A stretch of DNA of 64,000 nt from Candidatus Aminicenantales bacterium (GTDB lineage Bacteria; Acidobacteriota; Aminicenantia; Aminicenantales; Saccharicenantaceae): positions 1 to 64,000 of the forward strand of contig JBEKXF010000010.1 in the NCBI GenBank assembly GCA_049512315.1, read 5' to 3'. A model generated the notes under the pieces. That model was not told the origin of the DNA and did no database searches. It saw only the letters and a program-made list of their open reading frames with translations. Shown here in pieces: positions 1 through 9,124 of the stretch (its first letter is position 1; each line of letters starts with the position of its first letter). The position numbers and the translations under genes were made by a program.

Positions 1-1035
1 CTCCGCGAACTGGCCTCGCAGATCGACATGCGCCGGCGTGAAGCCCAGGGCGAGGGCGGCGGCGCATCGTCGGACCAGGTCATGGTCTGCCTGAGCTCCC
101 ACGGGCCCAACAGCGAAAAACTCCTGCGCTACGGTTCCCGGCTGGCGGGCAAATTCAACCGGAACTGGTACGCCGTCTATGTCCAGACGCCGTCCGAAGA
201 AGCCACGGTCATCGACGCCGGGACCCAGCGATACCTCTCGGATACCCTGACCCTGGCCAAGCAGCTGGGCGCCATGGTCTTCACCTACAAAGGAGAGGAC
301 ATCGCCGACACGATCCTCCGGTTCGCCAGGGAATACCGCGTGGGCCACATCGTCGTGGGCAGGGCCCGTCCGAAGCCCTTGTGGAAAAGGATCGGCCGCA
401 ATAAGGCCGTCGTCGAAGACCTGATCAAAAGCGCCAGGGGGGCCACGATCATCGTCCTGGACACCTGCGAGGATCTGCCGGTCGATGTGCTGCCACAGCC
501 GGAGATCCCCGAGGAGGAGCCGCCACCCGCCCCGGACGACGGGTGCGGGACCCAGGCGGCCGACCGGCCCCTGTTGAGCCAATGGATCTCGCCTCAACGC
601 ATCGTGATCTGGGCCGATCTCGTCGAGAAGGAGACCGTTCTCCGGACCCTGGCCGCGACGTTCGGACGAGCGGACGGAGTCGAGGACCGGGAAGCTCTCT
701 TTGCCTCTATCATGAAGCGGGAAGAGCAGGGCTCGACGTTTTTCAACGAGGGGGTGGCCTTCCCCCATGTCCGCGTGGACGGACTGGCCGCTCCGGCCGT
801 CGCCCTGGGCCTGACTAAGGAGGGCGTCTCCGATGTCGCGACGGACAAGCCCATCGACCTCGTCTTCCTCATCCTGTCTCCTGTCGAGGCTCCCGACACC
901 CAGGTAAAGCTCTTGGGTTTGACGAGCCGGGCCGCGCAGAGCAGGCACCTGATGCAAGCCCTCCGGTCGGCCAGGACGCCCGAAGAAGTCTTATGCGCCC
1001 TCCGGGAATGGGAAGGGGCGATAACCACAGGATGA
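1..1035 (+). CDS. KdpD-type universal stress domain fused to a PTS EIIA domain (5'-truncated by window edge)
   Basis: Frame open from base 1 (LRELASQID...). KdpD USP-like VMVCLSS..LLRYGSRLA..WYAVYV, then EIIA-like STFFNEGVAFPHVR with the phospho-His. No kinase domain before the stop. Confidence 0.8.
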   Translation, partial: LRELASQIDMRRREAQGEGGGASSDQVMVCLSSHGPNSEKLLRYGSRLAGKFNRNWYAVYVQTPSEEATVIDAGTQRYLSDTLTLAKQLGAMVFTYKGEDIADTILRFAREYRVGHIVVGRARPKPLWKRIGRNKAVVEDLIKSARGATIIVLDTCEDLPVDVLPQPEIPEEEPPPAPDDGCGTQAADRPLLSQWISPQRIVIWADLVEKETVLRTLAATFGRADGVEDREALFASIMKREEQGSTFFNEGVAFPHVRVDGLAAPAVALGLTKEGVSDVATDKPIDLVFLILSPVEAPDTQVKLLGLTSRAAQSRHLMQALRSARTPEEVLCALREWEGAITTG

Positions 1036-1105
1036 CCCCCGACGCCCGCTGATCAGCAGCCGCTGCCATCGACTTAGCACGATGGCGTAAGCCATAGGGA
1101 TTATT

Positions 1106-1591
1106 TCAAGGGATCGCGACGCGGATGGGCGTCGGCTTAAGGACCCTGGCCAGCTCTTTCGGGTCGAGGCCGACGAGGAATCCGCGCTTGCCGCCGTTGA
1201 TGTAGATTTTCGGGAGCTCCAGGATCGTCTCCTCAACGTAGACCGGCATCTCCTTGCGCAAGCCGAATGGCGAGGTCCCGCCGACCATGTAGCCGGAATG
1301 CCTCTGGGCGGTCTCCGGCGTGCAGGGCTGGACCGTCTTGACGCCGAGCGTCCTGGCCAGCTCCTTGGTCGAGATCTCGCGATCGCCGTGCATGAGGACG
1401 ACGAAGGGACGTTTGGCATCGTCCTCCATGACCAGCGTCTTGATGACGATGTGCTCATCCACGCCGAACTCGCCGGCGCAGGTCGCCGTCCCTCCCCGCT
1501 CGATATACTGATAGGGGTGCTCCGTGAATTCCACTCCCGCTTGCCTCAGCACCCGCACCCCCGGCGTCATCGGGGTCTTGTCTTTGGGCAT
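1106..1591 (-). CDS. ybaK: Cys-tRNA(Pro) deacylase YbaK/EbsC
   Basis: IKTLV and GYMVGGTSPFG motifs, INGGKRG; 161 aa. Confidence 0.9.
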   Translation of the reverse strand: MPKDKTPMTPGVRVLRQAGVEFTEHPYQYIERGGTATCAGEFGVDEHIVIKTLVMEDDAKRPFVVLMHGDREISTKELARTLGVKTVQPCTPETAQRHSGYMVGGTSPFGLRKEMPVYVEETILELPKIYINGGKRGFLVGLDPKELARVLKPTPIRVAIP

Positions 1592-1761
1592 TTCAATCCT
1601 TCCGTGTGATTCATTATATGTCAGTCCGGGTCCGACGGGAAGTCCCGAGCTGGGCTGTGTGTCGGTGTGGGATGCCGATCGGCGAGAAAATGATTCGCCC
1701 CAGGCGTTCTCTTCTTTGAAGGCATCGCTCTTCGCCGATGTATTGGGGGCTCAGAGATGCC

Positions 1762-1800
1762 TTGACATACACACGATTATGTGTTACACATTTTTGTGTG
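1762..1800 (+). promoter_or_regulatory. sigma70-like promoter of the TA pair with overlapping ACAC..GTGT inverted repeats (probable antitoxin operator)
   Basis: TTGACA at 1762-1767, 17 nt spacer, weak -10; ACAC-N8-GTGT and ACACA-TTTT-TGTGT palindromes. Confidence 0.55.
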
Positions 1801-1814
1801 TTCCGGAGGCGGTC

Positions 1815-2060
1815 ATGGACAAAAGGAACCTGACTCTTTCCCTTCCCTATGACCTTGTGAAAAGGGCCAAAGAGATGGCCGTACGCGAGGAGCGCTCGCT
1901 CAACGACTACGCCCGCGAGGCCCTCGAAGAAAAGATCGGCCGATCCTCGGGCTACGTCAAGGCCATGGAAAGGCAGCTTCGATACCTAGAAAAGGGATTG
2001 AAGCTGGGGACCGAGGGCCGGAAGCCGGCGGAACGGGATGACGTCCATGAAAGAAAATAG
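1815..2060 (+). CDS. Ribbon-helix-helix antitoxin (VapB/CopG-like)
   Basis: GGAGG RBS then MDKRNLTLSLPYDLVKRAKEMA..SLNDYAREAL; 81 aa; overlaps the downstream PIN gene. Confidence 0.8.
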   Translation: MDKRNLTLSLPYDLVKRAKEMAVREERSLNDYAREALEEKIGRSSGYVKAMERQLRYLEKGLKLGTEGRKPAERDDVHERK

Positions 2061-2469
2061 GATTTTCCTGGATACGGACATCCTCGTTTACGCCTACGAT
2101 TCGAGCGCCGGCCGGAAACACGAAATTGCGAAGGACTTGGCCATCGGGCTCTGGCGCTCCGGCGGCGGACTCCTGAGCACGCAGGTCCTTCAGGAGTTCT
2201 TTGTCACCGTTACCAAGAAGATCAAGGCCCCCATGAACGCCGGCCTGGCGCGGGAGATCGTCGAGGACATGTTGACCTGGGACGTCATCGTCAACGATGG
2301 GGATTCGATCCTTCAGGCCATCGACCTCCGGACGCGCGAAAAGCTCTCTTTTTGGGACGCCCTCATCATCGCCGCGGCCATCCGGGCGGAAGCCCAAATT
2401 CTCCTATCGGAAGACCTCCCTCACGGGCGGAGTATCGGAAACGTGACGATCCGCGATCCATTTCTCTGA
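2047..2469 (+). CDS. vapC: PIN-domain toxin (VapC family)
   Basis: IFLDTDILVY, QVLQEF, SFWDALI, LLSED acidic PIN motifs. Confidence 0.88.
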   Translation: MKENRIFLDTDILVYAYDSSAGRKHEIAKDLAIGLWRSGGGLLSTQVLQEFFVTVTKKIKAPMNAGLAREIVEDMLTWDVIVNDGDSILQAIDLRTREKLSFWDALIIAAAIRAEAQILLSEDLPHGRSIGNVTIRDPFL

Positions 2470-2495
2470 ACTACCGGGACGGCCGTCCCCCGCCC

Positions 2496-3926
2496 TCAAT
2501 GGTCCTCGGGCTCTTCGTGGACGATGACGTGATCGACCGAGGGGATCTCCCTCTTAATGGTTTCTTCGATCCGGGTCGAGATCCGGTGGGCCTCGATGAT
2601 CGGTACGTCGCGGTCGAAACCGCAGTGGAGCGAAACCGCGATCTTGTCGCCCTGGCGCCGGATCATGACGCTGTGGCAGCACGGCCGGCCGACGATCTCG
2701 TCGGCCACTCTGCGTACGATCTCAACTATCTTGGGCTCCTGAGCGGTCACGTCGAGGCCGCTGCCGATGCCCGTCCCCCGCGACTCGATGTGTGTGTTCA
2801 CCCACTTGATGGCCGGGATATCCGTCCGGAGGTCCTGCTCGATGTGGCTGGCCAGCTCGTGGGCCTGATGAAGGAGAAGATGATCATCGACTTCCAGGTG
2901 AAGATCGACGTAGAGCTGGCCCTTGTCGTCGTGGACGCTGATGTTGTGGGCGGGGATGAGGTTCCTGTCGGCCACGGCCCGGACCCGCCGGGCGATCGTC
3001 TCGCGCTCGCTCTCGCGCGGGTCGGTATGGACGACGACGTCCGCGCCCGGCGCGACGGCCTGGATCCGGGCTTCGACGGCCTCGGCGATGGCGTGGGTCC
3101 GCTCGAAGCTGAGGTTGCGGTCGACCTCGACGTTCATGTCCACGAAGACGCGCGAACCCGAACGCCGGACGCGGACCTGGCCCGTCTTGATGACCCCGTC
3201 GATGCCGGCGGCCGCGGCGTTGATCTTTTCCGGCAGCCCGTCCGGGGCGCTGTCGAGGAGGGCGTCAACCGTCCGCTTCCCCAGTTTGAAGCTGACGAAG
3301 AGGACGATGAAAGCGACGCCGAGGGCCGCGGCCGCGTCGGCCTTCTGGAGGATCGGAGCCTGCCGCGGCAGGACGTGCTGGCCGAGCCAGACCAGGCCCA
3401 GGCCTGCGAGGACGACGGCAGAGCTCCAGACGTCCGTCGAGAAGTGGAGGGCGTCCGCCTCGAGAGCCTGGCTGCGGTGCTTGCGGGCCGCCCGGGACAG
3501 CATCCGCGAGCGGCTGATATCGACCGCGATGGAGACGATGACGACGAGAAAGGCCCAGGCGTTGGGGGTGATCTCGACGTGCCGGACGAAGATCCGGACG
3601 ACGGCCTCATAGACGATCCAGACGCAGGTGACGACGAGGAGCAGGGTTTCGATGAGCGCGGAGAAATTCTCGACCTTGCCGTGGCCGTAGGGGTGGGCTA
3701 CGTCGGCCGGCCGGTCGGAGACCCGGACGGCCAGGTAGGTGATGAAGGCGGCGACCAGGTCCAGGCCCGAATGGGCGGCCTCGGCCAGGATGCCGAGTGA
3801 CCCCGTCAGAAGACCGGCGGCGAGCTTCATCCCGGTCAGGCCCAGGGCTGCGAAGACCGAGCTCGCGGCGGCGGACTTCTTTTCCTTGACGGACAACTCG
3901 ATGGTCGCTGGATCGCTGCCGGTCAC
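2496..3926 (-). CDS. Cation diffusion facilitator transporter with tandem C-terminal metal-binding domains
   Basis: AEAAHSGLD, HPYGHGK, ADALHFSTD motifs; three C-terminal domain repeats ending HTDP/HIES/HEEP. Confidence 0.9.
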   Translation of the reverse strand: MTGSDPATIELSVKEKKSAAASSVFAALGLTGMKLAAGLLTGSLGILAEAAHSGLDLVAAFITYLAVRVSDRPADVAHPYGHGKVENFSALIETLLLVVTCVWIVYEAVVRIFVRHVEITPNAWAFLVVIVSIAVDISRSRMLSRAARKHRSQALEADALHFSTDVWSSAVVLAGLGLVWLGQHVLPRQAPILQKADAAAALGVAFIVLFVSFKLGKRTVDALLDSAPDGLPEKINAAAAGIDGVIKTGQVRVRRSGSRVFVDMNVEVDRNLSFERTHAIAEAVEARIQAVAPGADVVVHTDPRESERETIARRVRAVADRNLIPAHNISVHDDKGQLYVDLHLEVDDHLLLHQAHELASHIEQDLRTDIPAIKWVNTHIESRGTGIGSGLDVTAQEPKIVEIVRRVADEIVGRPCCHSVMIRRQGDKIAVSLHCGFDRDVPIIEAHRISTRIEETIKREIPSVDHVIVHEEPEDH

Positions 3927-4000
3927 GGTGGATCAAAACCTCGGTAGGATTGTCATTTTATCACAGCCGGTCCGGCCAGGCAACGCATCGCGGCATAGGG

Positions 4001-4037
4001 AGAGGGACAGTCCCCTCCCGGGGGGACAGCCCCTCTT
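4001..4037. repeat. Intergenic palindrome related to the hairpin at 8165-8202
   Basis: AGAGGGACAGTCCCCTCCCGGGGGGACAGCCCCTCTT vs AGAGGGAGAGTCCCCTCCGGAGGGGACTCTCCCTCTT. Confidence 0.6.
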
Positions 4038-4155
4038 TATCGGCGCCGCGTCCGGTTGACTTTTCAGCGCTCCCTCGTCTATATTTTGCCCGCCCGGCGA
4101 TATCAACCCAATGCGGCGTCCTTTCACGCGGACTCCGGCCGGGAAGGAGGGCTCC

Positions 4156-5493
4156 ATGAGTTCGGTCTTTCTGGCCCGGCTGCAATTCGGGCTCACGGCG
4201 GGATTCCACTTCCTCTTCCCGCCGACGACGCTCGGGCTCACCCTCGTCATCCTCATCCTGGAATCCCTTTACCTGCGCAAGAAGGTCGAGATCTACAAGG
4301 ACGTCTCGAGCTTTCTCGTCAGGATCTTGGGCGTCGTGTTCGTCATGGGTGTCGCGACCGGGATCGCCCTCGAGTTCGCCTTCGGCAATAACTGGTCGGC
4401 CTACTCGCGGGCGGTCGGAGATATCTTCGGCGCCCCCCTTGCCGCCGAAGGCGTCTTTTCCTTCTTCCTGGAATCCGTTTTCATCGGCATTCTTGTCTTC
4501 GGACGCCGGCGCGTGACCCCGAAGGTGTACTGGCTCTCGGCCTTCCTGGTCTTTTTTGCCTCCCACCTCTCCGGGCTCTGGATCATCATCGCCAATTCGT
4601 GGATGCAAACTCCTGCGGGGTTCCGGATGGAGGCGGGGCGGGCCGTCCTCACGGACTTTTTCCAGGCCGCGTTCAATCCCTCGACCGTGGTCCGCTTCGT
4701 CCACACCATCCTCGGCGGCTGGATCACCGGGTCGCTCCTCGCGGCGGCGATCGCGGCCTGGTATCTGCTCAAGGGCAAGGTGCGGGAGAAGGCCGATGTG
4801 CTTCTCAAGGCGTCGCTTGCGGTCTTCATCGTCGCGGCCGTCCTTCAGCTTGGGAGCGGCCACGTCCACTCCGTCCAGGTCACCCGGACCCAGCCGGAAA
4901 AGATGGCCGCCTTCGAAGCGCTCTGGGAAACGAGGACGAACGCGCCGTTCACGGTCTTCGGCATCCCGGACGAGAAGGCCGAAAAGACGCGTCTGGCCGT
5001 CCGCGTTCCCGGGTTGCTCAGCTTCCTGGCCGGCTTCGACACCCACACCAAGGTCCTCGGCCTCCATGATTTCCCGACAGAGGAGCGTCCTCCCGTGCTC
5101 CTGCCCTTCGCGGGCTACCACCTCATGATCCTCTTCGGCTTCCTTTTTATCCTGATGGCAGGCCTCGGGATCATCCTGTCTGCCCGGAAAAGGCTCGCGG
5201 ACAGCCGTTGGTACCTCAAGCTCCTGATCTTCGCCATTCCCCTGCCCTTCCTCGCCAACGAATTCGGCTGGATCGCGGCCGAGGTCGGGCGCCAGCCATG
5301 GGCCGTTTTCAGGGTCCTCAGGACCGTTGACGCCGTGTCCAAGGTCGTTCCGGCCGGGGACATCGTTTTTTCCCTGGTCCTGTTCACGGCCATTTATGCG
5401 CTCATCGCCGCGGCCGGAGTCTCGATCATCCTCAAACTCGTCAGGCACGGGCTCGATGAACACCCCGCGTCCGGGCCGCAAGGAGGGGTCTGA
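4156..5493 (+). CDS. cydA: Cytochrome bd ubiquinol oxidase subunit I
   Basis: AAGGAGG RBS; LARLQF..FHFLF, ANSWMQTP, QPEKMAAFE, GWIAAEVGRQPW. Confidence 0.95.
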   Translation: MSSVFLARLQFGLTAGFHFLFPPTTLGLTLVILILESLYLRKKVEIYKDVSSFLVRILGVVFVMGVATGIALEFAFGNNWSAYSRAVGDIFGAPLAAEGVFSFFLESVFIGILVFGRRRVTPKVYWLSAFLVFFASHLSGLWIIIANSWMQTPAGFRMEAGRAVLTDFFQAAFNPSTVVRFVHTILGGWITGSLLAAAIAAWYLLKGKVREKADVLLKASLAVFIVAAVLQLGSGHVHSVQVTRTQPEKMAAFEALWETRTNAPFTVFGIPDEKAEKTRLAVRVPGLLSFLAGFDTHTKVLGLHDFPTEERPPVLLPFAGYHLMILFGFLFILMAGLGIILSARKRLADSRWYLKLLIFAIPLPFLANEFGWIAAEVGRQPWAVFRVLRTVDAVSKVVPAGDIVFSLVLFTAIYALIAAAGVSIILKLVRHGLDEHPASGPQGGV

Positions 5494-6503
5494 TGGAAAC
5501 CTGGGACCTGCTCCGTAACATCTGGTTCATCCTGGTCGGCGTCCTTCTCGCCGGGTATTCCGTATTGGACGGTTTTGACCTCGGCGTCGGCATCCTCTTT
5601 CCTTTCCTGGCCAAGAACGAAGACGAGAAGAAATCTTTGGTCCGGTCCATCGGCCCGGTCTGGGACGGGAATGAGGTGTGGCTGCTCACCGGCGGGGGTG
5701 CCCTGTTCGCGGCGTTCCCCCACGCGTACGCGACCGTCTTCAGCGGCTTTTACCTGGCCCTGATGCTCGTCCTCTTCTCGCTCATCCTGAGGGCCGTTTC
5801 GCTCGAGTTCCGGAGCCACGCCGTTAGGAGCAAAAAGCTCTGGGAGGCGGCCTTTGTGGCCGGAAGCTTCATCCCGGCTTTGCTCTTCGGGGTCGCTGTC
5901 GGGAACGTGGTCGTGGGCATTCCCATCGACGCGCGGATGGAATACGCCGGGGATTTCTTCACGCTCCTCCGGCCGTTGCCGCTCGTCTTCGGACTGCTCG
6001 GGCTGGCTACTTTCCTCCTTCACGGGAGCACGTGGGCGGCGCTCAAGACCACGGGCGAGCTCCAGGCGCGGGCCAGAAAAACGGGCCGGACCGCAACGGC
6101 GGTTCTGGGAGGTTTATTCCTGATTTCCTTTTTCGCCGTCTGGATCTATCTCCCCGAAGCGCTCAAAAGGATTCCGGCGTGGATCTTCTCGGTTCTGGTC
6201 ATCGCGGCCCTGATCCTTCTTCGGCCGGTCTCCAAAAAGGGAAAGGACGGCCTGGCTTTCGCTCTTTCGTCGGCGGTCTTCCTCTGCCTCTGGGGCGTCG
6301 TCGGGGCCATCCAATATCCCCTTCTCATCCGGGCGACCGACCCTTCCCTGAGCCTGACCATCACGAACGCCTCGTCGAGCGCGCTGACGCTCAAGGTCAT
6401 GCTCATCATCGCCCTCGTCGGCATGCCGCTCGTCATCGCCTACACAATTTACGCCTACCGTGTGTTCAAAGGGAAAGTCGGCCTCGACGAATCCGGCTAC
6501 TAA
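5493..6503 (+). CDS. cydB: Cytochrome bd ubiquinol oxidase subunit II
   Basis: LDGFDLGVG, IGPVWDGNEVWL; translationally coupled to cydA. Confidence 0.95.
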   Translation: METWDLLRNIWFILVGVLLAGYSVLDGFDLGVGILFPFLAKNEDEKKSLVRSIGPVWDGNEVWLLTGGGALFAAFPHAYATVFSGFYLALMLVLFSLILRAVSLEFRSHAVRSKKLWEAAFVAGSFIPALLFGVAVGNVVVGIPIDARMEYAGDFFTLLRPLPLVFGLLGLATFLLHGSTWAALKTTGELQARARKTGRTATAVLGGLFLISFFAVWIYLPEALKRIPAWIFSVLVIAALILLRPVSKKGKDGLAFALSSAVFLCLWGVVGAIQYPLLIRATDPSLSLTITNASSSALTLKVMLIIALVGMPLVIAYTIYAYRVFKGKVGLDESGY

Positions 6504-6594
6504 TAGCGAAGGCACATCATTCCGGCGTTGCATCCCTGCCTCATTTCATATATGATACTCACTGACATCGCGACCGGATCATCAGGAGGCCAAC

Positions 6595-8160
6595 ATGAAA
6601 AAGCTGACCGCGATCGCCGGCCTGCTCCTCATCGCCTCGATGGCCTCGGCCCAGACGGCCAAGGTCATGAGCGGTCCCTTCGACGAGGCGCTGGCCCGGG
6701 CCAAAAAGGAAAACAAGCTCATCCTCCTCGATTTCTTCTCGGGTGGCTGAGGGGCCTGCAAACTGCTGGTTCAGCAGTTCTACCACAACCCCAAATACGC
6801 CGATTTCCTCAACAACAACGTCATCCTTTACCGCGCTTCGCGCGGTGACAAGATCGGGGACACAATCTACGAAAAATTCAAAATCCAGGGTACGCCGACC
6901 GAACTCTTTGTCGACAAGGACGGAAACGAAGTCGACTGGATCGTGGGCTACGGCCCTCCCCCCGACAAGTTCTTGGTAAAGGTCCAGAAAGTCCTCGCCG
7001 GCGAAGAGACATACAAGGCGCTCTCCGCGCGATTCGCCCAGGAGCCGACGAACGTCGAAGTTCTCTTCAAGCTCGGCCGGAAGTACAGCTCGCGATTCAC
7101 GCCCGAGATGACGGCCAAAGGCAAGGAGCTTTACCAGAAGGTTATCGCCCTCGACCCCGACGGGAAGGCAGGGTCTTACACCGACGACTACCTCAAGGCC
7201 CAGATCCCCTACACTCAGGGGGCAGAATTCGAATTGGGCCAGGCGAGCATATACGACCGCAAGCCCAACCCGGCGCCCCTACAAGCCTTCATCAAGAAGT
7301 ACCCGGCGAGCGCGCTCGTCAAGAACGCCTACTCCTACCTGAGCTATTACTATGGTTATCAAGCACCCAAAGAAGAGGCGACAAAGTTCTTCGAAGAATA
7401 CTCGTCCAAGTACCCGGATGACCGCAATGCCATCGGCGCCTATGTCGAACGGATCATCAAGGACAAGGAGCCCATCGACAAGGGAATCAGCCTGGCCGAG
7501 AAACTCAAGGAACTGGGCGGCTATCCGCGGAACCCTGAATACCAGCAAAACCTGGCCCAGCTCTATGCCCTCAAGGGCGACCCGGCCAAGGCCGAAGAGG
7601 AATACGGCCAGGACTTCATTGACGGCTACGTCTCGGACGCGGTCAACGCCCTGACGGGCTACGCGAATTTCTGGCTCGAACAAAACAAGAACCTGGACAG
7701 TGTCGAGTCCGCAGCCGACCTGGCCGTCAAAATGGCTCCCGCTTCCCAGCGGTACACGCTCCAGACCGTGGCCGGGATCTACGTAAAGCTGAACAAGACC
7801 GACAAAGCCCTCGCTGTCTACGGACCCGAGTTCATCAAGAAGAACATGGGGGACCAGAGCGTTCTGGCGAGTTACGCGTCCTTCTGGAACCGGCAGGGGA
7901 AGAACCTCGAGAGCGCCCTGGAGGCCGCCCGGAAATCCGTGGAGCTCACCTCCGATTACTACAACAATTACACGCTGGCGAACATCCTGTTCAAAACGAA
8001 GAAGTATGAGGAAGCCCTGGAATACGCGGAGAAAGCGGTCGAGCTCGTCAAGCCCATGGCCGTGAAATACGAGGGCTTTTCCACCCAGCAGTACGAGAAA
8101 CTCGTCAAGGACATCAAGGGCGCTATTGCCGAAGAGAAGGCCCCGGCAATCAAAAAGTAG
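6595..8160 (+). CDS. Exported thioredoxin-fold selenoprotein (UxxC) with C-terminal TPR-like helical repeats, 521 aa, Sec at codon 52
   Basis: AGGAGG RBS, ATG 6595, signal peptide MKKLTAIAGLLLIASMASA; ILLDFFSGG-TGA(6748-6750)-GACKLL; frame stays open through QGTPT (cis-Pro loop) into ORF 6943-8160. Confidence 0.85.
6751..6792 (+). promoter_or_regulatory. Putative bacterial SECIS element
   Basis: Perfect 8-bp stem AACTGCTG(6761-6768)-GTT-CAGCAGTT(6772-6779) starting at the 11th nt after the UGA, G in the apical loop; possible basal GGGG/CCCC pairing. Confidence 0.7.
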
Positions 8161-8164
8161 CCTC

Positions 8165-8206
8165 AAGAGGGAGAGTCCCCTCCGGAGGGGACTCTCCCTC
8201 TTTTTT
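8165..8206 (+). terminator. Rho-independent terminator
   Basis: Long perfect inverted repeat followed by a T-run immediately after the TAG at 8160. Confidence 0.85.
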
Positions 8207-8315
8207 CACCCCGTTTGACTTCCTTCGTCCGGTCCCTTATATTGGCCTTAGGCGTGGGGCAAGGGTTGTTTTCGAGACCCGCCCCCCCTGGGTCTCCCAG
8301 GCCGCAGTGGATGAT

Positions 8316-9011
8316 ATGAGAATCTGCGTTCGTTCGGTGCTCTGGACCCTCCTCCTCGCGGTTTTCCTTCTCCTTCTCGCTCCCCAGCCGAGGCCCGTCA
8401 CGGGATCTCCCCGGCAGGCCGCCGCGGCCGGCGACTCCGCCGCCCTCGACGAAAGAGTCCGGAACTTCCTCCAGTCCCAAAAGGACCAGTGGCGCGAGGA
8501 GAACGTCACCGAGGCCGACGGCCGGTTCCTCTATGACCTCATCCTCAAGCGCCGCTACACCCGGGCCCTGGAGATCGGGACATCGACGGGCCGGTCCGGG
8601 ATCTGGCAGGCCTGGGCCCTCAGCAAGACCGGGGGCAGGCTCGTGACCCTCGAGATCGACGAGTTCCGCCACCTCCGGGCCGTCCAGAATTTCAAGGCCT
8701 CCGGGCTCGAAGCGTGCATCGACGCCCGGCTGGCCGACGCCCACGAACTCATCGAGGAGCTTCCCGGCCCCTTCGATTTTGTCTTTATCGACGCCGACAA
8801 GAACTGGACCCTGAATTATTTCAAGGCTCTTCTGCCCAAGCTCGAGGTCGGCGGTTGCTTCGCCGTCCACAACGTCGTCAGCCTCGGCTTCATGCGGGGC
8901 ATCCGGGACTTCCTGGAATACGTCCGCAGCTTGGACTCCATGGAGACCATCATCGACACGTCGTCCAGCGGCGGGATTTCGCTGAGTTTCAAGAAAAAAA
9001 GACCGGCTTGA
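8316..9011 (+). CDS. Class I SAM-dependent O-methyltransferase (COMT/CCoAOMT-like) with N-terminal hydrophobic signal
   Basis: ALEIGTSTGRSG, FDFVFIDADK, VHN; N-terminal LWTLLLAVFLLLLA. Confidence 0.85.
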   Translation: MRICVRSVLWTLLLAVFLLLLAPQPRPVTGSPRQAAAAGDSAALDERVRNFLQSQKDQWREENVTEADGRFLYDLILKRRYTRALEIGTSTGRSGIWQAWALSKTGGRLVTLEIDEFRHLRAVQNFKASGLEACIDARLADAHELIEELPGPFDFVFIDADKNWTLNYFKALLPKLEVGGCFAVHNVVSLGFMRGIRDFLEYVRSLDSMETIIDTSSSGGISLSFKKKRPA

Positions 9012-9124
9012 CGCGCACGCTCCTCTCCCGTTATAGTCCCTCTTCCCAGCATTCCATCGACCGGCGCCGCCCGTCTGCGCCCTGCTGAAAGCCGGGCGGG
9101 CGGAAACCCGGGAAGGAGAGGACG

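Noticed and set aside
6595..6750. Nonsense pseudogene or genome-wide UGA reassignment
   Set aside because: The TGA falls exactly on the redox Cys position with a SECIS-like hairpin, and many other genes here end normally in TGA
6943..8160. ORF-track start (GTG, 405 aa) as a stand-alone TPR protein
   Set aside because: No RBS there, and it cuts a thioredoxin domain in half; the upstream in-frame ATG, signal peptide and UxxC explain it better
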